Origin: Asterionella formosa
Taxonomy: Eukaryota
Direction of reading: 5' to 3'
Assembly (NCBI GenBank): GCA_002256025.1
Contig: NKIB01012208.1
Span: 1-64,000 of the forward strand
Length of the DNA stretch: 64,000 bases
Position numbers and translations under genes: made by a program. How positions within the stretch are numbered: position 1 is the stretch's first letter; each line of letters opens with the position of its first letter. The notes below the pieces were generated by a model. It made no database searches and was not told where the DNA came from. It was given only the letters and a program-made list of their open reading frames with translations. Shown here one piece after another: positions 34,788-47,527 of this stretch.

Positions 34788-36761
34788 ATGCGTACTAGCC
34801 TACTTCGTGTCTTTACCAAGCTCTTCCCCTTTCAGACCTCTGCATTCATCAAGACTCCTCCGGCCTTTCCGCGCTCGTCTTTGTTGGCTTCATTCGATTT
34901 GCGCTCTCGCTGTTTGACCACCGCTCTCAGCAGCAGCAAAGGCAACAGCAACAGCAACGGCATGACGGAAGTCACCACTGCTCCTAAGAAGACACAGCAG
35001 CGTCGTAGGAACAACCACACCTCCTCCTACAAGGCCCCCATCAAACATGCTGGCGCTTCTGGCGAAGGAGGGCCTCGACCCAAGCGCCCCAAGAACAACA
35101 ACACTACTAGCACTACAATCTGTCGTGACTTTCTACAGTCTGGCACTTGCAACTATGGTGACAAGTGTCGGTTCCTGCACACTACTGCTGGCGAGGAAGA
35201 ACGACAAGAAGCCATGGACGAAGGAATGACACCAATGAATGTGGAAGATTCAATGTCGAACCCTAGTACTACTACAAGTGCTGGTCAAGGACAAGTGGCT
35301 CATGTCACGGAAATGAAATTCGCCGATTTGGACATTTCGGCGGAATCGAAAAAAAGCATGTCCCAAGTGTTCAAGTACGAGCTCATGACACAAGTCCAAG
35401 CTGAAACCTTGCCAATCATTCTGCAAGGAATTGATTGTTTGGCAAAGGCCAAGACTGGGACTGGCAAAACTCTGGGATTCCTTATCCCTGCTGTAGAGCA
35501 GATCATCAAGTCAAGGGGGCAGTTGAGAAGCGAAGATATTGGATGTCTGATCTTGAGTCCTACCAGAGAACTCGCCTTTCAGATTCACAAGGAAGCCGAG
35601 GCACTAACAAAGTTTCACAACATCAACACAATGTCATGTGTTGGGGGTACCAACATCAGTAAGGACAACAATGCCTTGAAAAATAGTGTTCAGATTTTGG
35701 TGGCAACTCCTGGACGTCTTTTGGATCACTTGCAGAATGGAGGGCTTGCCAAGCGCCTTGTTAATATGAAGGTGCTCATCATGGACGAAGCCGATCAGCT
35801 TCTTGATATGGGCTTCCGTCCGGACATTGAACGAATTCTCAAGCTACTACAACCCAGCAAGAGCAAACGCCAAACACTCTTGTTCTCTGCCACAGTTCCA
35901 GGGTCTGTCTCAGAGATTGCCAACATTGCCTTGAAGCCAAATTACTCCTTCATTGATACTGTCGGACAAGAAGTGGAACAAACACACTTGCATGTGAAGC
36001 AAGAACTTGTCGTTACACCTCAAGCTCAACAAGTTCATGCCATTGAGGCCATCCTTTCCAAGGAAACTCCATCCAACCAACCCTTCAAGGTGATTGTCTT
36101 TTTCACAACTGCTCGTCTCACTGGATTCATGGCCGACTTGTTCAATTCAGTCAAGTCAGACTTGGGCTATTCCACATTGGAAATTCATTCTAGAATGTCT
36201 CAACCAGCACGTCAAAAGGCCAGTGATGCCTTTCGTAGCTCCTCCCGTGCTGTCTTGTTTAGCAGTGACGTGTCCGCTCGAGGTATGGACTATCCTGATG
36301 TGACATTTGTCTTGCAGGTGGGTCTGACGGAACGGTCACAGTACATTCATCGATTGGGACGAACTGCTCGAGCTGGGAAAGAAGGGAAGGGTTGTTTGTT
36401 ACTGACCGACTATGAAGAGAAGTGGATGTGCAGCCAGTTGAAAGATATGCCTCTCGAAAAGGTCCCCGTCCCTACAGTAACCACAATGGCTGGTAGTGGC
36501 AAACAAGGCCCATGCATGGATTTGGCATTGACCAAAGTGTCGCGAGACAAGGAACTCAATCTATCTGCCCAACAGGCGTACCGCGCGTGGTTGGGATTTT
36601 ACAATAGCAACACCAAGAAATTCAAGTGGGACAAGACGGATCTTGTGCATGCTGCGAATCAATGGGCGAAAGATGTTGGCCTTCGAGAGCAACCTACCAT
36701 TGAACGGAAGACTCTTGGAAAGATGGGATTGATGGGAGTTCGTGGGCTTAATCTAGAATAG
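34788..36761 (+). CDS. DEAD-box RNA helicase (MSS116-like), organelle-type presequence, N-terminal CCCH zinc finger
   Basis: AKTGTGKT, PTRELA, TPGRLLDHL, DEAD, SAT, ARGMDYPDV, YIHRLGRTAR; CCCH finger CRDFLQSGTCNYGDKCRFLH. Confidence 0.95.
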   Translation: MRTSLLRVFTKLFPFQTSAFIKTPPAFPRSSLLASFDLRSRCLTTALSSSKGNSNSNGMTEVTTAPKKTQQRRRNNHTSSYKAPIKHAGASGEGGPRPKRPKNNNTTSTTICRDFLQSGTCNYGDKCRFLHTTAGEEERQEAMDEGMTPMNVEDSMSNPSTTTSAGQGQVAHVTEMKFADLDISAESKKSMSQVFKYELMTQVQAETLPIILQGIDCLAKAKTGTGKTLGFLIPAVEQIIKSRGQLRSEDIGCLILSPTRELAFQIHKEAEALTKFHNINTMSCVGGTNISKDNNALKNSVQILVATPGRLLDHLQNGGLAKRLVNMKVLIMDEADQLLDMGFRPDIERILKLLQPSKSKRQTLLFSATVPGSVSEIANIALKPNYSFIDTVGQEVEQTHLHVKQELVVTPQAQQVHAIEAILSKETPSNQPFKVIVFFTTARLTGFMADLFNSVKSDLGYSTLEIHSRMSQPARQKASDAFRSSSRAVLFSSDVSARGMDYPDVTFVLQVGLTERSQYIHRLGRTARAGKEGKGCLLLTDYEEKWMCSQLKDMPLEKVPVPTVTTMAGSGKQGPCMDLALTKVSRDKELNLSAQQAYRAWLGFYNSNTKKFKWDKTDLVHAANQWAKDVGLREQPTIERKTLGKMGLMGVRGLNLE

Positions 36762-37313
36762 GTACTTTTTGAGGTTAAAAAAATATTATATTTCTGTAGA
36801 TGTTGATATATTTATATAGGTATTCAGTTCACTGCTATATAGCTAAAAGGAATGGAACCACATGCAAGCGACATGATAATGATGGAAGTTTTGCTTGTTT
36901 CTCAAGTTCTGACTGTTTGTTGCGCTCGACTTGACGCAATGCCAAAAGTGGATATTTTTGCATTTTGCTTCCCCGTCGTCCTAGATAGAAGTTGACCACC
37001 TGCGTACCGGTATGTACGGACCCAAGAATGGGCAGCAGAAGGAGGCTGAGGTGTAACAGCAGCTGCCGAAGGATGGGCATTGCAGTCATAAAACTCTCTC
37101 TCTCTCTACCAAGGTCAGGTAGAAACAGTGGGTAATAAATTCAATTCAAATGTAGAGTGCTCACTTTCAAATATTATAATTTACGCATAGTATTTTGTAA
37201 CTGCTTTTTGAATCCCAATCTGCAAGCCAGATCCTTCGAAACAATCAAGAAACCATTTTACTCCAATTTCTAGAATGAAATCCCGCCGACTCTTTCTCCC
37301 GTGACGATCAAAT

Positions 37314-37622
37314 TTACCAGGGCGCCTGGCCTCCACGGCCACCGCGGCCTCCACCACGGCCTCCACCGCGGCCACCTCCACCGTCTCCACTTCGCTGGCG
37401 AGGAGTTCCGTCACCCTCTCCAGTGACATTGACAGCGGACCACTTCTGCTTCTGGTCGTCAAACACGGTATCGTACGTGACGGTCTCGCCTTCGTTCAAG
37501 CTCTTGAAGCCGTCCTTATTGATTTGGGAAAAGTGCACAAAGACATCTTCGCTGCCGTCGGCGGGGGTGATGAAGCCGAAGCCCTTGTCACTGAAAAACT
37601 TGACACTACCGTTGGAAGCCAT
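37314..37622 (-). CDS. Cold-shock domain protein with RGG tail (102 aa)
   Basis: [16 protein letters not shown] (RNP1), DVFVHFSQI (RNP2), GFKSLNEGE, and GGRGG repeats; ATG at 37622. Confidence 0.95.
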   Translation of the reverse strand: MASNGSVKFFSDKGFGFITPADGSEDVFVHFSQINKDGFKSLNEGETVTYDTVFDDQKQKWSAVNVTGEGDGTPRQRSGDGGGGRGGGRGGGRGGRGGQAPW

Positions 37623-37628
37623 GGTAAC

Positions 37629-37680
37629 GAGAGGGAGGAAAGAGAGAGAGGGAGAGAGAGCGAACGAGAGAGAGAGAGAG
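37629..37680. repeat. Imperfect (GA)n/(CT)n tract in the cold-shock gene 5' leader
   Basis: GAGAGGGAGGAAAGAGAGAGAG... lies immediately upstream of the ATG, i.e. a pyrimidine tract on the sense strand. Confidence 0.8.
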
Positions 37681-39677
37681 ATCGACAAATGTTGACCAGG
37701 AAAGATTTTAATGGGAGGCTGAGGCTGCTCCGCTTGCTGGTAGAAGCAAACAGTACATTACTGCGGCGTTGCCATGATTATTTCGAGGCGTGCATCCAAA
37801 GCAGCACTATCTTACCAGGTACCAGCAGGAGGCATTGCCTGATGGCATGATGGGCCAAGTGAGAACCCTGGAAAGCAGTGGTTGCGGGGGCACTCAATGT
37901 CAGTACGACATCAGGGAGAGAAGTGGACTCGTTCGATCCACTCTGGATCTTGGCAACAAGAAAGCGTGGTGCCCTAGATTTTTTTTACCAGGTACCCCCC
38001 CCGGTACCTGCAAGTTGTCCTAAATATTCCGACAGTTAGTTACGAATGAAAAATTTAGCCATCGGCATGATGGATCCTAGTAACTCATATTAATATGCTG
38101 GCCTGCTCGAAACCCAACTATGGTAGAAGCAGGCTCGTCAACAAATTGATTTTCTATTATAACATCTATCATGCTCCAATTGTTCTGTTCAATCGAAATA
38201 TGTACAATTCAATTGAATAGAATGATTTAGTATGGTGCTATTTTTGCATGTGTCTGATGCTAGTTTTGTGTGGCTGACAAGAAGTTACTAATGTCTGAAA
38301 ACTATTAGTATCTGTCTGATACACGCTCATGGGAGGGGGCAGGCTGTATGCAACATAGTATGTATGAGGAAAAATTATGTCCATGGAGATCATGCCATTG
38401 GTGCCTAATCAGCATGGATTCATACCGTGTACTTATGATGATGAGAGAGAGCGAAACTAGCAATATTATATTGTAATCCACAAAATGCATCATGTCCTAG
38501 TCTTGAAACATCAACAAATCACGAGATGCTCACAGTTGTTCAGACAACACAGTATCTTCAATTAATCATTATATTGTTCTACTCGTAGCAGTAGCCATTG
38601 TTGGATCTTTATCCAAAATCATTGTGTTGACTTGTGCATTTCTAAAGTAAATGAAAAACTTCTCCATCATCGACTTTAATTTTCGTTGTTAACATTAGTG
38701 CTATCATGTCAATAGTTCTCCTGCAATTGTACTTTCTATGATGTCGTGCTAGATACACATATCAAATAGGAAGGCGTCATTCTCGATTTTTGCAGACATT
38801 TCTGCTATCTTCGTCATGGTCAAGGCCGAGACAACATGATGCACAAGATACTCCCCAGCCAAAAACCATGATTACCCTTTACATAGTGATTAATAAATAA
38901 ATAAAAGTTGCTAAACAATTATGTACAAGGGCCCCTGAGCAAGGGTTCCTTGGTTTCTCCTTGATGATGATGACATCTGAGCTGGTATACAAAAACAGTA
39001 CATACAGACACTTTTTTAAGTGGCAAAGAGCAAGTATCGTCTGACAAGAAATCGTTTGAAACAATTTTGCTGATGTCTGAAATGATTTGTTGTATGTGCT
39101 TAAAACAATAATTGTGCATTCCTCATCCTAAATTCTCATCATTTAAACCGTTTTACACTAATATTCTTCTAAATGACTTATTTTGGACCCAAACATATCA
39201 CTCAAATTGATTTGGCGAACATCGATTTCACGGGGCTGCGCCAAGCGTTATTGATTTAACCGTTAACGCTCCAGCTTATATTTCTTTTTGGATTCCTGTG
39301 TCTGCCCGTCAGCCGCTAACGTGAATCAGCAAAATTACGACCAGCTTGCTGGAACAGCTACCTGGTATCTACCAGGCCGGACTCGACCAACGGCATCACG
39401 CACCCGGAAATTCTTCCATGGAACTCTTTTTCTACAATTTCTTTGTTAACTCCTCACTTTTTTGATTTGATCCTGATGCTTCTTCACAAGAACCAACTCA
39501 TCATTACTTGATACTCCGTACAATTATTTGCTTATATTGTCACGTCTCGGGCTCACAATAATATAACAGTACTAAAAACAACAAGGATAGCACAACTAAA
39601 AGGGCCCATCGCGTCAAAGCAATCAACAACAGTCGCCAATACTTACTTATACCACCCACCAGTGCATCATACTGAAA

Positions 39678-40088
39678 ATGGAACGCAGAGAAAGGCAACA
39701 ACTTCATCGACGATTACGTCGTCTCAAGCGAACCTTATTCCTTAGAAATGTCCACGAAGACCGATTCGTTACGAATAAAGGAAGCATAGATACCACGGAT
39801 TCCACGACTGTATCGTTGTCGTCATTGGAGTCGATTGATGAAAAGCAGATTGGTGTTCTACCACCAGTTTTGCCATTGCTTGGTCAGTGAACGCAACGAT
39901 GTATATATACATATATATATACTACCAGTAGTTGCAATACACAACAACAATACATTTAGGAAACGTCGACAACACAGTTATACTTACTCATTGCAGCCCT
40001 TCAGTCACATGAGACAAGTGAACTCAAACCCATGTTTGGACATCCCTGGGAGTTGTTTTCGAAAGAAAGTTCGTCCTCCGCTCTCTGA
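39678..40088 (+). CDS. Small hypothetical protein; putative exons 39678-39882 and 39997-40088
   Basis: AAAATGG start after a CA-rich leader; GTCAGT donor and TTGCAG acceptor flank an AT-rich intron. No recognisable family. Confidence 0.4.
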
Positions 40089-40344
40089 AGGATTGAAGAA
40101 CGGCGTGTAACACTTGATATTCATTGCATTGAGTCTAGAGGAAGAGCCTTTCGAGACGAATTCTTGTGTTGTACCAAACACAAAGAATACACATATTTAT
40201 ATATATATATATAACTTTTACAAAATAGACAACATTTGAGAGGCACTCAAAGCGATATTATCTTCTACTTATATCTAATGCTATCGAAACGATTTAGATA
40301 GACGCTGCCTTGTGCTGTAGTCTATTAAAACCCCAAAAATGCTT

Positions 40345-40803
40345 TTATTTCCACCATCCAATCATGGATCCCGCCAATTTGACAGTAGAACCAACCACCA
40401 TAAAGAGTCCCAAGGTACGCATGGGACCTCCTTTCATATGCCGAGCCTTGTCAACCGCCAGGGTTGTATCGGCATATCCTGTTAGATACAAATACGATCC
40501 CACGGAATACAAAAAACCGCACCCAGTCACATACAAGGGATACTTCAGTCCACTCAATAGCGCCGCAGGAACAAAGATGCCCATGGATTCAAAGAGCGAC
40601 TGATGACCACGCTGGACTCGATTGAACTCATCAGCTTGCTTGTGATAGCCTGGCGTGGCGTAGAGATTGGGATAGTTCACATCGCATTTGGACCTGGCGC
40701 CCATCACTGACACTCCCATGAGAGTGCTAGTAACAAAGGGACCGACGACACATGAGAGGATGACATAGCCGTACTCGGACGGGAGCTCGAGTGTGAATGT
40801 CAT
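40345..40803 (-). CDS. MGST3: MAPEG family microsomal glutathione S-transferase 3-like
   Basis: EYGYVIL, ARSKCDVNYPNLYA, FNRVQRGHQSLFE, YLTGY; four hydrophobic helices. Confidence 0.9.
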   Translation of the reverse strand: MTFTLELPSEYGYVILSCVVGPFVTSTLMGVSVMGARSKCDVNYPNLYATPGYHKQADEFNRVQRGHQSLFESMGIFVPAALLSGLKYPLYVTGCGFLYSVGSYLYLTGYADTTLAVDKARHMKGGPMRTLGLFMVVGSTVKLAGSMIGWWK

Positions 40804-41269
40804 AATGCTGGACGAGATGATGAAAAAATGAGATTTCTCAACACTTGATTGTCAACGAGACACAAAATGCACCAGAAGCAAGCAAACAGGTGGAGACTAC
40901 CAGGTACCGTACTCATGATATGATGTACAGTTTATCTGTGTACCAGGTACCGGTATGTAGACCGGTCTACACGGATATTTGAGGAACAGGAAGGAACTGC
41001 GGACAAGATCATCCAAACGAATCTTAAACAAGACGGTTCCTGCCGTTGAAACCCTAGCTCCAGGTAGGGTTAAAAAATATTATACGACGACATAACAGTA
41101 CGCATGTGGCCGGAATCATCATGCTCAGAGTACATATAGTAGCCACCGTTGCCCTAGTATGATAGATAATTAGCATATGGAATATTTTATGGATAAATAT
41201 ATAAAGGTGCAAAAGTTAACGCAATGTTGACAAGCATATAACAACATCAGGGATTGCTTTATTCATCTA

Positions 41270-42285
41270 CATTCATTACTAACTTGTAATCGAAGTCCAA
41301 GGCACACACATCGATGTGTCTTCATCTTCTTTATCAGGTCATCGATTTTGATAGGGGGGCCATGCTTGGAGTGCTGCTGTTGCAGTTCTGGTTCAAAAAA
41401 GCCAGAATCAAGAGCATTGTAAGCCAACATGTACTGGTGAGCTTGTCAAGAAAATTTCCTTATTCAGACTCCTGTAATCACTTCTGTTGACAAAAAATTA
41501 TAACGCTTGCCATGAAATTCGATTTCCCCTTATTCGGTCTCCTTCAGTGCCAGGTTCCGGTATGTGCCTTTGGCACATGCCCAGCACATGTATTCCACAC
41601 CTCCCCCAGCTATCTCACTCGTCATGGCATTTTGGAGTTAGCATAACTTCCACTCCAAGTTTGGTCCCAATATATTTCATCATGCCTTGCTCATTCAAAA
41701 ATTCAGAACAAAAGGACATAAGATGTCGAAGACTGGTGTTGCTTTCTATTAGACCAAATGCATCTTTTCGTCCAGTAAGGGTGTAGCTAGCTACTATTCA
41801 AGGTGTAGCTACTACTGTTCAAATTTGTTTCATCAATTAATCCCCTTTCCCAAAGAAATTGAAGTAACCCCTTCGATTTTCCTTCCCAACGCTCCTTGAC
41901 CCTTGAATTTTGAGTACAAGTTAGGACTTGATATTGTGGACAGACGAGGAGCAGCAGATCGCTTTTATTCTTCCCTTACTACTTAGTATTGGCTCCCTTA
42001 GCAGCAAGATCAAAAATTAATTGGACCTGACTTCTTTGAATTTCCTTGGGTACTCCAATGATGGTATCATGTCGACTTTCTTCTTGATCAGTAGGAGTCA
42101 TCCAACATGGGCCCACATCATCAGTTTGGAATGTTAGCTAGGTGATGTGTTTGAACAGGCTGTAATTTTCTTTGAAAGAGGGGGGGGGAGCAAGAAGCAA
42201 TCCTGCTTCTTCTTGTTCAATGATTGTAAATCGCATGGGCAACCCTTTTCCACCAAAGGTTTTAAAATCATTGGGTTGAATGCAC
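41270..42285 (-). mobile_element. C-terminal part of a degenerate Tc1/IS630-like DDE transposase
   Basis: Fragments FGGKGLPMRFTIIEQE, DDVGPCWMT, WEGKSKGLLQFLWERGLID, LTPKCH..EIAGGGVEY..WACAK and KTHRC..ALDFD. Confidence 0.75.
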
Positions 42286-42289
42286 AGGC

Positions 42290-43243
42290 AGTTGTGAGCG
42301 TGCGTCAATCCACCAACTCCCGGTGTGTAATTCTGAACGGACATCAGACGGTTGTGGAGCCTTGCAGGGATCAGAAAAATCAAATGTAACATTATTGGGA
42401 TACATTAATCTGGTATTGGAAAGTAATATCTTGATTGCAACAAGAAAATCAAAGCAAACAACGTCGACGCTTCTACCACAGTGGAGGGTGACTGCCTTAA
42501 CACATGGCTTTTGGTCTTCCATCTCAAACCGGGTAAACAGATCTTTCAGATATGTGTTTCGACATTGAGGAATAGCTTCTAAAATCGTCATTCCTGCCAT
42601 TTGAGAAGAAACGTGCCATTTAAGAATTGCATCATAAAGAAATAATGGTGACCTACTACCAAGTAAAATGCTAAGTCCTACTACCAAGTAAAATGCTAAG
42701 TAGCTCCGTTTTTACAACATCCTTTTGTGTGTAGGCTGTACCTGGATCTTCTTGGCAAAATCGGAAGTTGGTAGGGTTTACAATGTCGTTTATTTCTCCG
42801 TTCTGAATGACTGGACTATTAATAGCAACAGCATCATGATCTACTAAACTATCAAGGAATAAACCATTATCATAGTCATCGGCATCAAAACAAACTGTTT
42901 GAACGAAATCAATGGCTGCTGGCGATTGTTTCAGGAATTTTGCAAGGGGGTCTTGAGAGTGGTGTCGTCCATCTCTTGGCGAAGTCTCTACCATTGATGA
43001 TGTCTGCGATGCTTGAATCTGAGATTGAATCATATATTGTTGCCCACACAAGGGGCTGTGTCTGTGATGACCACAAATTGATTTAAAAGGACCTTTACCA
43101 CAGAATTGACATTTGTCCTCGTCGTTATTGTCACACAGATCCATGATATTTGCTGTCGTTGCAGTGCTGTGTTGGCGAGAGAAAAATAAGAATAACCGGT
43201 AGCTAAAATAATGGACCTTGTTCGGCACATATTTGGCAAACAA
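42290..43243 (-). mobile_element. N-terminal fragment of a Plavaka-type transposase
   Basis: Zn-finger-like CQFCGKGPFKSICGHHRHSPLC; PLFLYDAILKW; VDVVCFDFLVAIKILLSN...SELHTGSWW. Frameshifted by a 25-bp tandem duplication at 42652-42701. Confidence 0.7.
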
Positions 43244-43970
43244 TACTACCTGGTACCATCCTCATCAGTAGACATAATTCCACCAGTGTTGATTTTGAGT
43301 AATAATAATCACGTAAAAAAATTTGGTTGCCTACCACTGGCTAGTAGTACAGTTACCTAGTACCGGTAATAACCTACAAAACATGAAAACTGGGAAGAGG
43401 GAGCTTTTTTACCGGAAAGTGTGAGTTCTTCATGTGATGTGTACAACCATAAAACTTTGATCTCAGATGGATGACATTAGACACCACAAATAACCTTACT
43501 ATTTCATTAAGTAAAATGCGTGTTGCGAATGTATTAGCCTCAAGAGCAGGATCTTAGTTGAACTTTCAAATGAATTATTTGAAACATCAACTAATTCAGT
43601 CTCGCTTTCAAAATTCATTGTGAAAACTTTCATTTTATTTAAACCCTATTTGAATATTGCTTCATCCTTTCCAATAATCATAACAGTTTTGCTCGTCATT
43701 TTTCTTTCGCACACTACAATTAGTACCTCGTCCCATTGGAAGATCCGGTTAGGTTTCAAAGTTTTCTGCATGCATGGTATTCAACCATATGGATTCCATC
43801 ATGGTCACTGTAATGAAATCTACTATTCTTGTCAATTAAACCCAGTGACTCTAGAAGTTTAGATTTTTCCGCTGTAATATGAACCCACCTTGGAGCATTA
43901 ATCTTTTGCTTGAATATTGAAGTATTAAGCAATGAAAATTCGACGGTAGGCTAAGGTGCTGCAAAAAATA

Positions 43971-44917
43971 CAATATTTGCATGAAAGTGTCCGAAAATGC
44001 ATAACCATCAGTCAGGGGAGATCGTGATCATTTCCGCGATGCGAAGTTTTTATTCGCGTAAAGAACAAGCAGGGTATTGTTGAATGGCTGAAAGTATGTC
44101 TATAGTAAACTGTCAAATGACCTTATCAAGATTCCATAGAAATATGGACCACGACAATTAGTGTGTACATGAAACTCACTACAAAATTGACGTACAGAAA
44201 TTTCTTGCATCTTGAAATGTTGTGCCCTCTCCAAGAATACTGTCGCTCAAGTTTTCTCATCTATTTCTACAAAAAATAGAAACCTTATCTAGCCAAAGTT
44301 ATCAAGCTAATCACAGCGGACTCAACACTGTCTCGTTTTTTGGTCATGTCTTCAGAACTGAGCAATTGACGACCAAAAACAACTTCCAGCGCCGATTTCA
44401 AATTTTCGCTGTCAATACTAGTGCAAAAAATTTGATTATTGAACGATAATCTCGTCTATGTTAGTTTACATACACGTGCGAAAAATAAATTGTTCATTGT
44501 CAATATTTGTGAAGATATTCAAATCCATAATTTCGTCATGGTCAAGATGGAGTTGCTGTCTCATCAACCCCAGTAGTATGTATGCCAAGTATATATCATA
44601 TGTAACGCTTTATATACGGAATGTACAAAGTAAATACAAGGTTTGTTGTATGTATGATGTGTTCCATGTCGAAAACGTAAATACATCTGATAGATTATGC
44701 ATCCGATTTCTTGACAAAATGTACAGTATTACAATTTTTTTTATTTTTCGATTTTCAATACACTAAGTAAAAAGAGTCATTGAAAATTTAGTTAGGAAAA
44801 GTTTCTATCATTGATAGAAATTAATATTGACTTGCTACAAATTTAGTCTAAAAAAGTAATCCCGAGTTCCCCCGACTAACTCATTATGCATTTTCGGACA
44901 CTTTTATGCAAAAAGTG
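43971..44917. mobile_element. ~947-bp MITE / non-autonomous Tc1-mariner-type element with TIRs and TA target duplication
   Basis: Left end TA|CAATATTTGCATGAAAGTGTCCGAAAATGCATAA versus reverse complement of right end TA|CACTTTTTGCATAAAAGTGTCCGAAAATGCATAA: 3 mismatches in 34 bp, weaker similarity out to ~65 bp. AT-rich non-coding interior. Confidence 0.9.
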
Positions 44918-44919
44918 TA

Positions 44920-45400
44920 ATGGACCAAGTTGCTGCTGTCTGGCTTCTCAGCCATGACCATCGACAAAGAAATGTTTCTTTCGAGTCTCATACTTGAATC
45001 CAACTGCATGCATACATGTTGCAATTGTACAAATTGAGATCTTTGTCAAACCATAGGTCAGAAGGAACTGTTGTTTGCTGTTGGTGTCGATTTCACTGTC
45101 CTCAACAACTCCTGGTCTTGCTGGTAAGTCTTCATAGACATCGCAATCATCAGGAACATCTACACTCAAAGTCGCAACCAATGTTGGTACCAGATGTTCA
45201 TGAAGATATTCATACATTTCTTCCACAGACAAGTCACTTAAATTGGCAATCCCAAATTTCTTGATTGCATTCGCTCATGGCATCAGGATTTGAATGGAAG
45301 AATGGAGGGATCTTGTCCTTCTTGATTGGCGACTTACAGAAAGCATTTTGTAAATTGTATGCCAGCCGCCAACGATGTTAAATTCTTCTGCATTCTTACT
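44920..45400 (-). mobile_element. N-terminal part of the Tc1/IS630-like transposase
   Basis: FLLTYGLTKISICTIATCMHAVGFKYETRKKHFFVDGH matches the ...LGFKY...YVDGHE signature of this family. Confidence 0.75.
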
Positions 45401-47527
45401 GCAATGCTAGCTCTTTCTAGACAAGCTCAGTGTATGAAGACCTTCTGTTCTAATCCCACCTTATTGTGAGCTTATTTGATCTATCTTGTAATCGTTCACA
45501 TTACCAATTATTAACGTTCTCTTCTCAAATTTGCATATAGATATTCATTGTGTTGTTAGACATTCAATTCTCAACTGACAACTCAACTCCACTCACTTAG
45601 TAGAACAATCGTGAATATTCAATGATATCTGCATTGCAAATACACCTTTCCTTCCTTGAAATATTGATTACTTAGAACAATTTCCATTCGAATATTTTCC
45701 TTGGTTTGCTGATATAGTTCTTGGCAACCAATGATGTTCAAATTCTCACAGCATTTCAATACAAGATTTTTGGCTGGAATATTATACAAGATTGATTAGT
45801 TCGATTGAACTAATATGCACGCAGTACATAATCTTGACACAAAGATCCCACCTTCCAAGAGTCCTGACATAAGAGTAGGCTTTTATTCCAAGAGCGCCAA
45901 TTTAACATTGGAGACACAGCTGCCAGTTCCATCTGGTTTCCCCAATTTCCTTCTGAACAAACTCCCTCAAACAAGCACAGGACAAATATAACAAACTTCT
46001 CTGTCTCATAATGAGAGCAGCAAATGCATATCAGCATCTTCCCTTTCCAAAAAAATTCCAATTGTTGGGATGTCTATTAATTGATTCAAAAGCACAGGAG
46101 CTCAATTTGGTAAAAAAAACTACTTGGAAATGATAATCAATAATAATAGATAAATGTAATTGAAATAATACAAAATACAATCCGAACAATCTTAAACACT
46201 AGATTGGGTTACTGGGTCTTCCAAATCACCACCACTTCTTGGACCCGGTAAATTTGCCCATGTAGTCACTGTTTCTATTGGTGTTGGGCGCCTTGCTTGC
46301 AACAGGTGAAAAGATGTCACCTGGCAATGTAGTTGCAGAACTCATTGCTAGTATTCCCAACCCATCGGCTGGTGAGATGTACCCAACTGAGCGACATTGG
46401 ACTTGAACGAAGAATATCTTCTGACACAAGGCTGGAGTGATGATTCACATTTGTCTTTTTTGAGTAGCAGTGGTACTAATCAACAAAATTTCGCGCTTCC
46501 TTGTCCTCTGTGTAGAAATATTCTCGAACCCATTTGTAATTGAATCAAGTTTTGCATCTAAAATATCAAGCTTTTTTTGCTTGCAAACATTACATGTTCC
46601 AAAGTGTATCTCTCCTGCTGCTGCAGAACTCGTTTGATCCGATCACGAGGAGTGCATGCTGCAGATTGACTGAGGCCAAACAATGCGTTTCCAAAAATTG
46701 TGTAGCTCACCAAGAAATCGTCAGATAAAGCTAGGAACCTAGCAGCTTTGCCCAAAGATTCATCTTTGAAAATTTGAAGGGTGGTTGTTCCGCTGGAGCC
46801 ATCAATTATAATATCAGATAGTGATTCATTCCTCTGCAGCCAATATTCTGGTAGCAGAACGGCCTGCTGTATCTTTTCTTCCACTGCCAAACACACAATC
46901 TTTAGTGAGCAATAGCTAGAATTGACTAATATTCATCTGGAGCAAATGGGCCAAACAATCTAAATCCAACCCAGCCATGGAAAAATAATCAAGAGGCAAC
47001 TCAACATTATCATCAGATCGCGCAGCACTGATGGTTTCATCATCCTCATCATTGTTAGCTGGGTCAAAGCAGCTAGCTAGTTCGACCCTTCAGGTATTGA
47101 AACATCTGGTTTAGAAGATTGTTATCATAGTCCTCCACATTTTTCCCAGAAGGCAAACTTCCATCAGAGAGTAAACATTGTGAACTAAATGATAAGAATT
47201 GGGTCAAAGCTTTTAAAATTAACACATCGGCATTTGGTGGGGTCAAACCGTGTTTTTCTCCTGTTCAGTTGGTCACAGCAGTTTTTAACTGGTAGAACCT
47301 GGTACCAGGTACCATGGTAACTGGTATGGTACCAGAAAAAATGTGGTCTATACTACATGTTTACCCCTGGTGCCGAGTGCCATGCTACCGTATGAATGAT
47401 GACTGATTATTGATGGTTATCTCAGAAACCTACATTTGCGGTAAAAGTGCATACCCGGTATATACTAGCACGAGGTCATTTTTTGTCAGTGGCTATTTTA
47501 TTAAAAATATAAATCGCTGAATGAATA

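Noticed and set aside
39355..39415. tRNA-like T-arm fragment (GGTCGAGTCCGGCC on the minus strand)
   Set aside because: Lacks TTCGA and no cloverleaf can be folded.
46200..47100. Broken minus-strand coding-like fragments
   Set aside because: Probably a pseudogene, but no family could be recognised, so it is not called.
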